Source: a virus (Duplodnaviria > Caudoviricetes). Taken from it: a stretch of 36,059 nt of DNA. How positions within the stretch are numbered: position 1 is the first letter of the stretch; every line of letters starts with the position of its first letter. Below the pieces are notes generated by a model. It had not been told where the DNA came from and made no database searches. It saw nothing but the letters and a program-made list of their open reading frames with translations. The DNA lies in the IMG/VR virus record IMGVR_UViG_3300043174_000026, positions 1-36,059 of that record; one strand, written 5' to 3'. This document shows positions 19,824 through 26,409 of this stretch, in pieces. A program made the translations under genes and the position numbers.

Positions 19824-20513
19824 ATGCGTGGATTACTAGCGCGTGTCCTTCTGGTCGGCGTCATCGTTTGTGGACTTTCATCGGGTATCGTATTCGCGCA
19901 GGAGCAAGAACTCCTCGTGGCGCGTCCGTTGGAGATCACAGAATTTGTGATGTTGCCACCAGAAACGACAACGTGGTCGTTATCGCAGCAAACAATGTCG
20001 GAGCGGGGGATCGAAGTTCTGAAGGTTTTTGAGTCGTTCACCGCGAAGGCATATCGGGATGGTAAGGGATACTCTATCGGATACGGAATGCAGACGTGGA
20101 ACGGCCGTCGAGTAACACGACGGTACCCAGGTCGCGTCACGATGGAAGAGGCTCATGCGGAGTTTATACGGCAGTTGCCCACGTATGAGCAGATCGTGCG
20201 GGAGCTTGTGGGTATAGACGTTCCGCAGGAAGTGTTTGATGCGTTTGTTAGTATCGCGTGGAACTTGGGACGGGTGAACGATACCATTTTGAACAAGTTG
20301 GAGCAGCAAGCGGCAATGACAGTTCGGGACTTTCTCTCGACAGCACGTTACCGCGGCCGAGTGGATTGGCGATTACAGGGGCGACGGACACGGGAGTTCT
20401 TGATGGCACTGGGTAACTACGAACAGGCCATGATGCTACCAGCGTCTCGACGTGAAGTGAACTTGTCTGTGCGGGAGTTGAGCGCACATCGTTTGTTCAT
20501 CTTTGAGGAATAG
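19824..20513 (+). CDS. GH24 lysozyme with N-terminal signal peptide/anchor
   Basis: AGGAGG RBS; hydrophobic N-terminus; FE....AYRD...SIGYG, FDAFVS.AWNLG, L..RR.RE. Confidence 0.82.
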   Translation: MRGLLARVLLVGVIVCGLSSGIVFAQEQELLVARPLEITEFVMLPPETTTWSLSQQTMSERGIEVLKVFESFTAKAYRDGKGYSIGYGMQTWNGRRVTRRYPGRVTMEEAHAEFIRQLPTYEQIVRELVGIDVPQEVFDAFVSIAWNLGRVNDTILNKLEQQAAMTVRDFLSTARYRGRVDWRLQGRRTREFLMALGNYEQAMMLPASRREVNLSVRELSAHRLFIFEE

Positions 20514-20514
20514 T

Positions 20515-21126
20515 ATGGAAATCATCAAGGCTCATGCAACGTTGATATCAGAGATTCCGGAGAATGAGAACCCACTCCGGATGTTGGAGCGAATTGGTCG
20601 GCTCGCGTGGAAGTCCGAGGACAAGATGACCGAGGATTCCGCGCCCCGTTTCGTGAGAATGATTCTGGACAAGAAGCACGAGTCTGTCATTGAGCACCTC
20701 TCCGCGACGGTCAAGTTCGTGGTGGACCGCGGTGTGTCGCATGAGATTGTGCGACATCGCATCGCGTCCTACACGCAAGAGAGCACTCGGTATTGTAACT
20801 ACAAGCGCAAGGGGGTCGTGTTCATCAAGCCCCCGTTTGAGACGGAAGAGAATGAGGCGTTGTGGGTTAAGGCGATGGGTGTGGCGGAAGCTATATACCT
20901 CCAGATGATCGACAGCGGTGTCAAACCACAGATTGCTCGGTCGGTGCTCCCCAACAGCTTGAAGACGGAACTCATCATGACTGCCAATCTACGAGAGTGG
21001 CGGCATTTCTTCAGGCTCCGGACGGACCCAAGCGCACATCCTCAATTCCGAGAGGTGTCGGTCCCGTTGTTGGTAGAGTTCAAGCGCGTGTATCCAGTCA
21101 TTTTCGATGACATTAATCCCGACTAA
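20515..21126 (+). CDS. thyX: Flavin-dependent thymidylate synthase
   Basis: HESVIEH, RGVSHEIVRHRIASYTQESTRY, ARSVLP, NLREWRHF..LR. Confidence 0.96.
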   Translation: MEIIKAHATLISEIPENENPLRMLERIGRLAWKSEDKMTEDSAPRFVRMILDKKHESVIEHLSATVKFVVDRGVSHEIVRHRIASYTQESTRYCNYKRKGVVFIKPPFETEENEALWVKAMGVAEAIYLQMIDSGVKPQIARSVLPNSLKTELIMTANLREWRHFFRLRTDPSAHPQFREVSVPLLVEFKRVYPVIFDDINPD

Positions 21127-21134
21127 GAGAGTCG

Positions 21135-21142
21135 TATAAATA
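21135..21142 (+). promoter_or_regulatory. T4-type late promoter TATAAATA
   Basis: Exact consensus in an intergenic position. Confidence 0.65.
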
Positions 21143-21147
21143 CGAAC

Positions 21148-21666
21148 ATGCGAAGATACAGAACAGCCCGGTATTACGATGAGTGCGGCTGTTGCTGTGG
21201 TGGTGGCGAGGACGAAGAGATGGACGAGTTTTGGGAATTCCTAGTCGGCCTATTTCAACGCCACAAGCGACGTGCAGTTGGATTTCGTTGGACGGTTCAA
21301 ACAGACGGGGGAACGATTCAATTCACGCCCCAATCAGGAGACAAATCGATGGCATTGCTACTTATAGATACCCAGAAAGTTACCCTTAGCATTCAGCCGG
21401 TGGATGCGAAGGGATATCCCGCAAAGGTTGACGGTGTTCCCGTGTGGTCCGTGTCTGACGGCAGCGTGGCGAATCTCGTGCCGGCAGCGGACGGTCTAAG
21501 CTGTGAGGTGCTCGCGGGATTCCCGGGTACAGCACAGGTTGTGGTTGAGGCTGATGCGGATCTTGGAGCGGGCGTAACGCCGTTGTCCGGGACGCTAGAC
21601 CTCATCGTTGAGGCAGGAGCAGCGGTAAGCCTCGTGGTGACCGCGGGCGTTCCTTCCGAGCAGTAA
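21148..21666 (+). CDS. Ig-like domain protein; alternative start at 21349
   Basis: W.VSD.SVA.L beta-rich domain; strong AGGAG RBS at 21336-21340 before internal ATG 21349. Confidence 0.6.
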   Translation: MRRYRTARYYDECGCCCGGGEDEEMDEFWEFLVGLFQRHKRRAVGFRWTVQTDGGTIQFTPQSGDKSMALLLIDTQKVTLSIQPVDAKGYPAKVDGVPVWSVSDGSVANLVPAADGLSCEVLAGFPGTAQVVVEADADLGAGVTPLSGTLDLIVEAGAAVSLVVTAGVPSEQ

Positions 21667-21676
21667 TCACCCAGGA

Positions 21677-21709
21677 AGACGGGAGTGGCCTTGTAAACCA
21701 CTCCCGTCT
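21677..21709. terminator. Perfect 12-bp hairpin (terminator or processing site)
   Basis: AGACGGGAGTGG / CCACTCCCGTCT, 9-nt loop; no U-tract. Confidence 0.45.
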
Positions 21710-21715
21710 ACCATT

Positions 21716-22399
21716 ATGAAAAAGCTGATTCTCGCGTTGCTGTTCTGTCTCACTGTTGTTGCTTCCGCGACAACACAGACGTTCTACAATCCGACGACGT
21801 TAGCGTTTGAGCATGATGATTACGATATCACGGATCATTATGTCGCGGAATTCTGGATTGCCCCCGCAACTGGGCAGCCGCTCGTAACGCGAGTGGTCGC
21901 GCAGGACGTTCCAAAGTCCAAGGTCACTATCGGGTCTCCGGGCCCTCCTGTGGTCTACAACCTGTTGTTCAAGGACATTCCCGTGTTCCTACCATTTGGT
22001 AAGAGCTACGTGTTGCGTCTCATCGCGTGCGGCACAACCGAGTGTGGTGAATCGAGCGAAGTGACTCCGGAGCAGGTGCGGTATACATACTGTAAGGCGA
22101 CACCAACGTCAGTGCGTCCTTTGACGATTGTGCAGGGCACGCAGGCGAACGGGTCACCAAGTGGTTATGTTCCGGTGGTGCTCACGATAGATTCTGTGCG
22201 TCCCGTGACATCGATTTCAGTTTCGTTAGTTGGCTCCGGGCAACCGGCATTCTACTTTACAGGCGACGATATGCGAAATACCATTACGCTCTCATTAGGA
22301 CCACTGCCCCGTGCGGGACGATACCTGATGAATATCTCCGCCGCGGACGAAGCAGGATGTTCAGCCTCCCAAGCGTCAGTGTTCCTCACTGTCCGCTAA
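21716..22399 (+). CDS. Secreted beta-rich hypothetical protein
   Basis: MKKLILALLFCLTVVASA signal peptide. Confidence 0.7.
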   Translation: MKKLILALLFCLTVVASATTQTFYNPTTLAFEHDDYDITDHYVAEFWIAPATGQPLVTRVVAQDVPKSKVTIGSPGPPVVYNLLFKDIPVFLPFGKSYVLRLIACGTTECGESSEVTPEQVRYTYCKATPTSVRPLTIVQGTQANGSPSGYVPVVLTIDSVRPVTSISVSLVGSGQPAFYFTGDDMRNTITLSLGPLPRAGRYLMNISAADEAGCSASQASVFLTVR

Positions 22400-22438
22400 A
22401 TACCGGCAAGTCATCCGGCAAAGTTTCTAAAATAGTGC

Positions 22439-22467
22439 TTGACACGGCAGAATTGCTGTGTTATACT
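22439..22467 (+). promoter_or_regulatory. Strong sigma70-type promoter at start of tRNA island
   Basis: TTGACA-17 nt-TATACT with A-rich upstream sequence. Confidence 0.85.
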
Positions 22468-22508
22468 GTATTTCGTTGAGTCGCTGAACGTGTTCAGTGC
22501 AAAGTTTT

Positions 22509-22582
22509 GGGCGCGTCATATAATGGGATTATGCTACGTTTGCACCGTAGTCATGCGGGTTCAATTCCTGTCGCGTCCACCA
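22509..22582 (+). tRNA. tRNA-Ala(TGC)
   Basis: GGGCGCG/CGCGTCC acceptor with G3:U70, CTACG-TTTGCAC-CGTAG, ends ACCA. Confidence 0.93.
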
Positions 22583-22586
22583 AGAT

Positions 22587-22711
22587 GGGGGTAATGTGGG
22601 TTCGATTCCCACCGGGTTAGGATTGATAATCCTGCTTGATTGATGCCCAAGTTGGTGTAACGGAGCCGCGGCTCCTAGACAAGTGCCGTCGTCTAACGGC
22701 AGGACGCCCCC
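22587..22711 (+). ncRNA. Circularly permuted tRNA-like RNA (T arm before D arm)
   Basis: GGGGG/CCCCC closing stem; T arm GTGGG-TTCGATT-CCCAC at 22596-22612; D arm GTCT-AACGGC-AGGAC at 22691-22705. Confidence 0.6.
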
Positions 22712-22716
22712 GAGTT

Positions 22717-23283
22717 ATGAGCAACATCTTTATCGTCAGTGATACTCACTTCGGACAGGAAAGCATCCTGCGTTTCCTGACTCCTACGGGAGAACGAATG
22801 CGTCCGATGTGGGAGACCGCGGATGAGATGGATGAAGCGCTGGTTGAGAATTGGAACAAGGTCGTTCGTCCGCAGGATAAGGTTTACCATTTGGGCGACG
22901 TGTCCATGAAGCGTCACAAGATTGAGGTCGTGGGACGTTGCAACGGACACAAGCGACTGGTGCGAGGGAATCACGACATCTTTCCGATGAAGTATTACCT
23001 CCCGTTCTTTGACGAGATTTATGGAACGCGGGTCTTTGACGACATGATTCTGTCGCACTTTCCGATTGTGCTGGACAGCATCAAGGACCGTTGGACATGC
23101 GTTCACGGACACGTTCATAACAACGTGCGCCCGGGGCACCTGGGACCGAAGTATCTGAACGTTAGCATTGAAGTGACGGAGTGGCGACCGCTTGCTATCG
23201 AGGAAGTTCGGCAGCGGATTCGCGCGGCGCGGGAGGCGGCGGAGCGAATTCAAGAGGCGTTAGATCACGGGGTCATCCTGTAG
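22717..23283 (+). CDS. Calcineurin-like metallophosphoesterase
   Basis: SDTHF, HLGD, RGNHD, SH.P, HGHVH. Confidence 0.92.
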   Translation: MSNIFIVSDTHFGQESILRFLTPTGERMRPMWETADEMDEALVENWNKVVRPQDKVYHLGDVSMKRHKIEVVGRCNGHKRLVRGNHDIFPMKYYLPFFDEIYGTRVFDDMILSHFPIVLDSIKDRWTCVHGHVHNNVRPGHLGPKYLNVSIEVTEWRPLAIEEVRQRIRAAREAAERIQEALDHGVIL

Positions 23284-23305
23284 CTCCGCCGCCTCGGAGG
23301 ATATC

Positions 23306-23605
23306 ATGGGAGAGAAGCGTTTTTCGGATTTTGAGTGGGAGCGTGTTGACTGGGCCAATGGAAAGCACGGCTGGGTCAAGCTGGATAACGGCTGGGTCGT
23401 GTCCGTGGTGTGTCACAAGTATTCGTATGGGGGTCCGCAGGGTCTCTACGAGGTGGCAGCACTATGGGACGATGAGCTAGTTCAGTTGTCCGACGAAGCA
23501 GACCAGGTCAAGGGCTGGCTGGACGAGCAAGGGGTTCAGGAGTTCGTGAACAAGGTTGCTGCACTGAAGCCTGGTAAGGTTCAGTTCAAGAGTATCATGA
23601 AGTAG
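23306..23605 (+). CDS. Hypothetical phage protein
   Basis: GGAGG RBS; SYGG..GLYEVA motif. Confidence 0.7.
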   Translation: MGEKRFSDFEWERVDWANGKHGWVKLDNGWVVSVVCHKYSYGGPQGLYEVAALWDDELVQLSDEADQVKGWLDEQGVQEFVNKVAALKPGKVQFKSIMK

Positions 23606-23686
23606 AGTTTGGGGCGTAATCTCCCGGCGCGTTGGCGCCAGTGAAAGCGAGTGGAGTCCTCTTTGATGGGGTTGCCCCGACGATTT

Positions 23687-23762
23687 GTCCCTGTCGTTCA
23701 ACGGAATAGGATACGACGCTACGAACGTCATGATAGAGGTTCAATTCCTCTCGGGGACACCA
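23687..23762 (+). tRNA. tRNA-Arg(ACG)
   Basis: GTCCCTG/CGGGGAC, anticodon loop CTACGAA, ACCA. Confidence 0.92.
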
Positions 23763-23763
23763 T

Positions 23764-23841
23764 CGGACGATAGCTCATCATTAGTAGAGCAGTCGGTTGA
23801 TAACCGACAGGTGGAAGGGGCAGGGCCTTCTCGTCCGACCA
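23764..23841 (+). tRNA. tRNA-Ile(GAT), non-canonical T loop
   Basis: CGGACGA/TCGTCCG, GTCGG-TTGATAA-CCGAC, T loop GGCAGGG, ACCA. Confidence 0.85.
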
Positions 23842-23848
23842 GTTATGT

Positions 23849-23923
23849 TCAAGGATAGCTTAACGGTAGAGCGCGAAGCTGTTAACTTCGGAGATCGTGG
23901 TTCGAATCCACGTCCTTGAGCCA
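23849..23923 (+). tRNA. tRNA-Asn(GTT)
   Basis: TCAAGGA/TCCTTGA, CGAAG-CTGTTAA-CTTCG, GCCA. Confidence 0.94.
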
Positions 23924-23928
23924 AATTC

Positions 23929-24003
23929 GCCGTTGTAGCTCAACAGTAGAGCGGCAGGTTGAAGCCCTGCGCGTAGGTGGTGCGACTCCATCCAGCGGCA
24001 CCA
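23929..24003 (+). tRNA. tRNA-Phe(GAA)
   Basis: GCCGTTG/CAGCGGC, GCAGG-TTGAAGC-CCTGC, ACCA. Confidence 0.9.
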
Positions 24004-24072
24004 ATCGGTCAGGGACAGCGTAAAAGTGCGCTGGCGTGAACTGCCATGGTCCCGAGTCGGCGCACAAATCAC

Positions 24073-24101
24073 TTGACAAATACAATGTCCTGTGAGATAC
24101 T
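24073..24101 (+). promoter_or_regulatory. sigma70-type promoter
   Basis: TTGACA-17 nt-GATACT. Confidence 0.65.
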
Positions 24102-24143
24102 AGCCACAATCAAACGCGCCCAGAGCGCACACGGAGAGACATC

Positions 24144-24524
24144 ATGAGATACACAGCAGGCGATGGCGTCACATACGCAGTCACGTTTGTTCATTCAGCA
24201 CACGACATCAAGCACACGCTTCCGGGCGCCCCGGGCGGTCTTCGGCAGATCGTTGACGGGCTCGCCAAGAGCCTTCGCCGGCGCGTGACGCTGTGTGAGA
24301 TCGCGCGGTTGGACCAGACCGAGACACTGGACCCGTTGACCACGGACTTCATTCCGACATTCACGACAGTCCCGCTGTCCTACGGGTTCTCGGTCTGCCA
24401 TTACTTTGACCAGTTCGTCAAGGCGCAGGGTCGTGCGCGAGCGTTCGAGCGAGCCCTGCGAGCGTCAAAGTTGGACAACTTCATTCGGGCAGAGCTTGAC
24501 AGCGCCTTGCGTTTGGGTGTCTAA
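24144..24524 (+). CDS. Hypothetical protein
   Basis: GGAG RBS; C...D.F.K..GR..A..RAL motif. Confidence 0.65.
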   Translation: MRYTAGDGVTYAVTFVHSAHDIKHTLPGAPGGLRQIVDGLAKSLRRRVTLCEIARLDQTETLDPLTTDFIPTFTTVPLSYGFSVCHYFDQFVKAQGRARAFERALRASKLDNFIRAELDSALRLGV

Positions 24525-24530
24525 CACATC

Positions 24531-24690
24531 GCCCGGTTGACCCGGGCAACAAGATGCGTGAGCCAGGTAGAGGGGGTTCGTTGGTACCGGCGGGGATAAA
24601 CCTCCGAAACGCATCGTCATTACCGCACCTGGTCCGAATCATAACGGCGTAGTCGACGCAACATGAGGCACCCCGGAGAGACGGGGACTT
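24531..24690 (+). ncRNA. Unassigned structured RNA with pseudoknot
   Basis: Non-coding gap with stems GATGCGT/ACGCATC, CCAGGT/ACCTGG, GCCCGG/CCGGGC, CCCCG/CGGGG. Confidence 0.45.
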
Positions 24691-24698
24691 TGAAATCT

Positions 24699-24790
24699 GG
24701 AAGGTCAATCCGACGGCCGGCGACGGAACTTGTCTTGAAAACAAGCGAGCCTAAACAGCCTTGGGAGTTCGATCCTCTCACCTTCCGCCA
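24699..24790 (+). tRNA. tRNA-Ser(TGA)
   Basis: GGAAGGT/ACCTTCC, CTTGT-CTTGAAA-ACAAG, long variable arm, GCCA. Confidence 0.9.
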
Positions 24791-24799
24791 AGATGTTTT

Positions 24800-24877
24800 C
24801 GGCCCGTGGCGGAATCTGGCATACGCGCAAGCCCGAGGAGCTTGTTTCTGTGGGTTCGACTCCCACCGGGCCGACCA
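24800..24877 (+). tRNA. tRNA-Leu(GAG), short variable arm
   Basis: CGGCCCG/CGGGCCG, CAAGC-CCGAGGA-GCTTG, ACCA. Confidence 0.88.
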
Positions 24878-24884
24878 GAAACAG

Positions 24885-25031
24885 TGGGGGACGTAGAATT
24901 ACGCAGAGAATGCCGGATGCTCAGAATGCTTTGTGAGAGGCGCCCCGGAAATCACGCTGCGGACAGCTTGGGACGCGGTTTTCTACTGTCAGCTAATCCG
25001 TGACGCACGGGAACACCCCAAAGCGTCCCAA
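24885..25031 (+). ncRNA. Unassigned structured RNA with pseudoknot
   Basis: TGGGG/CCCCA, CGCAG/CTGCG, GACAG/CTGTC, CCGTG/CACGG, loop TTGGGACGC pairing with GCGTCCCAA. Confidence 0.45.
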
Positions 25032-25045
25032 CTCTAAATGCGGAT

Positions 25046-25462
25046 ATGATGCTACAACGATTTGCTCAATTCGTATCAGAGGATTACGTTCCCGAGGAAT
25101 ATGTCATGAAGCCGGTCCCCGCCAAGGCCGCGTCGGACTTGCTCATGAAGTATCATTACTTGGGACGTTTGCCGCGAGCAACGGTGGTCGTTTGCGCCGT
25201 GTTTGACGGAGACAATCCTGAGCCCGTGGCAGCGGTGTTCTTTGGACATCCAGCGACCAAGTGGTCGGTGCCCGTGCTGGAACTGACGCGACACGGTTCA
25301 TCGTCCGCGAATGTGGTCAAGAGAGCGAATCCTGACCTTGAGATCGAAAAGCACGTCGCTGAAGGGAAGTATCTCTACTGGCGTGCATTGGATGGGAGAG
25401 CGGAGAAAGACGCCAAGACCGTTGGGCTGGAAAAGAACCCATACCCCAAACCCGGTCAGTAA
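25046..25462 (+). CDS. Mom-like (GNAT-related DNA modification) protein, apparently with internal in-frame deletion
   Basis: L.KYHYLGR.P, FG.PA, LELTR N-terminal motifs and K..Y...L ... PYPK C-terminus, but central catalytic region missing. Confidence 0.55.
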   Translation: MMLQRFAQFVSEDYVPEEYVMKPVPAKAASDLLMKYHYLGRLPRATVVVCAVFDGDNPEPVAAVFFGHPATKWSVPVLELTRHGSSSANVVKRANPDLEIEKHVAEGKYLYWRALDGRAEKDAKTVGLEKNPYPKPGQ

Positions 25463-25469
25463 GCATTAT

Positions 25470-25546
25470 GGTGGTTGGAGACAGATAGCGAGTCGACAGG
25501 CTGTGAACCTGTTCACTAGCGGGAGCGTTACCCGTCAGCCACCCCA
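25470..25546 (+). tRNA. tRNA-His(GTG)
   Basis: G-1 plus GTGGTTG/CAGCCAC, C73, ACAGG-CTGTGAA-CCTGT, CCA. Confidence 0.87.
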
Positions 25547-25562
25547 CAAAACGTGTAGAGCA

Positions 25563-25601
25563 ATTATTATGGACGCTAACGGGGTTAACGTCTATAATAA
25601 T
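25563..25601. repeat. 13-bp inverted repeat between tRNA-His and tRNA-Ser
   Basis: ATTATTATGGACG / CGTCTATAATAAT (one G-U pair). Confidence 0.7.
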
Positions 25602-25610
25602 AGACATTAC

Positions 25611-25702
25611 GGAAGCATGACAGAGCCAGGTAATGTGCCTGTTTGCTAAACAGAGACCATCCTGAAAGGGATGCGGACGTTCAAATCGTCCTGCTTCCGC
25701 CA
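25611..25702 (+). tRNA. tRNA-Ser(GCT)
   Basis: GGAAGCA/TGCTTCC, anticodon loop TTGCTAA, long variable arm CATCC-TGAAAG-GGATG, GCCA. Confidence 0.9.
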
Positions 25703-25722
25703 TTTGAAAGAAGGGTAGTTGT

Positions 25723-26139
25723 ATGTCGCAGTGGGGTATGGGAGTGATGATCAACATGTTGTGTGGTGAAGACCGCGGCACGAAACTGCTCGACGAGGCC
25801 GTTAACGGCAAGAAGAAGATCGCCGCGCTGTCACTTGACGCGGACGAGGGGCTTCGCGTGGAGTTCAAGGACGGGACCAAGTTCCGCATTTGGGACAATG
25901 GTCAGTCCTGTTGCGAGCGCCGCTACATGACGACAGATGACGACCTGAAGCATTATGTCGGGAGCACGATTCGCGACGTGGAGCTTGCGGATGCTCCGGG
26001 TAATGAAGATGAGTATGGTGAGTGCCACGAGGTTCAGTTCCTTCGCATCAAGACGACGAAGGGGACGCTGGTGTTGGAGTCGCACAACGAGCACAACGGC
26101 TACTATGGCGGATTCTACATCGTCATCACGGCCGAGTAA
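25723..26139 (+). CDS. Conserved phage hypothetical protein
   Basis: QSCCE...F..I.T.KG.....HNGYYGG motif. Confidence 0.72.
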   Translation: MSQWGMGVMINMLCGEDRGTKLLDEAVNGKKKIAALSLDADEGLRVEFKDGTKFRIWDNGQSCCERRYMTTDDDLKHYVGSTIRDVELADAPGNEDEYGECHEVQFLRIKTTKGTLVLESHNEHNGYYGGFYIVITAE

Positions 26140-26146
26140 GAGCCGC

Positions 26147-26307
26147 GCCGGGTACGCTCCCGGCTAGTCAGGGGAGGGTGAACCCCCGATGATTGAAGCC
26201 CCGTAGCGGATGGGGCAAACAAACGCCCGATGGTAAGGTTTACCCGTGTGGGAGCCACGTTAGGAGGCAACGGGGGAGCGATTCGAAGCGCGTCGATCCC
26301 GACCTCC
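26147..26307 (+). ncRNA. Unassigned multi-hairpin structured RNA
   Basis: GCCGGG/CCCGGC, TAGTCA/TGATTG, GCCCCGT/ATGGGGC, GGTAA/TTACC, GGAGG/CCTCC, long-range CGCTCCC/GGGAGCG. Confidence 0.42.
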
Positions 26308-26320
26308 ACTTCCATCATAT

Positions 26321-26395
26321 CGGGGCGTAGCGTAGAGGTCACGCGCTCGGTTCGGGACCGAGATCACGCAGGTTCGAGTCCTGCCGCCCCGACCA
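26321..26395 (+). tRNA. tRNA-Pro(CGG)
   Basis: CGGGGCG/CGCCCCG, CTCGG-TTCGGGA-CCGAG, ACCA. Confidence 0.92.
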
Positions 26396-26409
26396 CTTTG
26401 GAGAAGACG

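Noticed and set aside
24012-24065. Twister ribozyme (TAAAAGTG, ACTGCC, GGTCCC words)
   Set aside because: Elements are not in a valid twister order, and the UAA cleavage site and AGGG pseudoknot partner are missing
24531-24690. glmS or hammerhead ribozyme
   Set aside because: Core sequences (AGCGCC..GACGAGG; CUGANGA..GAAA) are absent
24885-25031. tmRNA 5' end (GGGGACG)
   Set aside because: No matching T arm or CCA end, and too short for a tag reading frame with pseudoknots
26230-26409. N-terminal extensions of the RNA ligase (and of the phosphoesterase from 22636) in the ORF track
   Set aside because: They run through tRNA or structured RNA; downstream ATGs at 26410 and 22717 fit the domain starts
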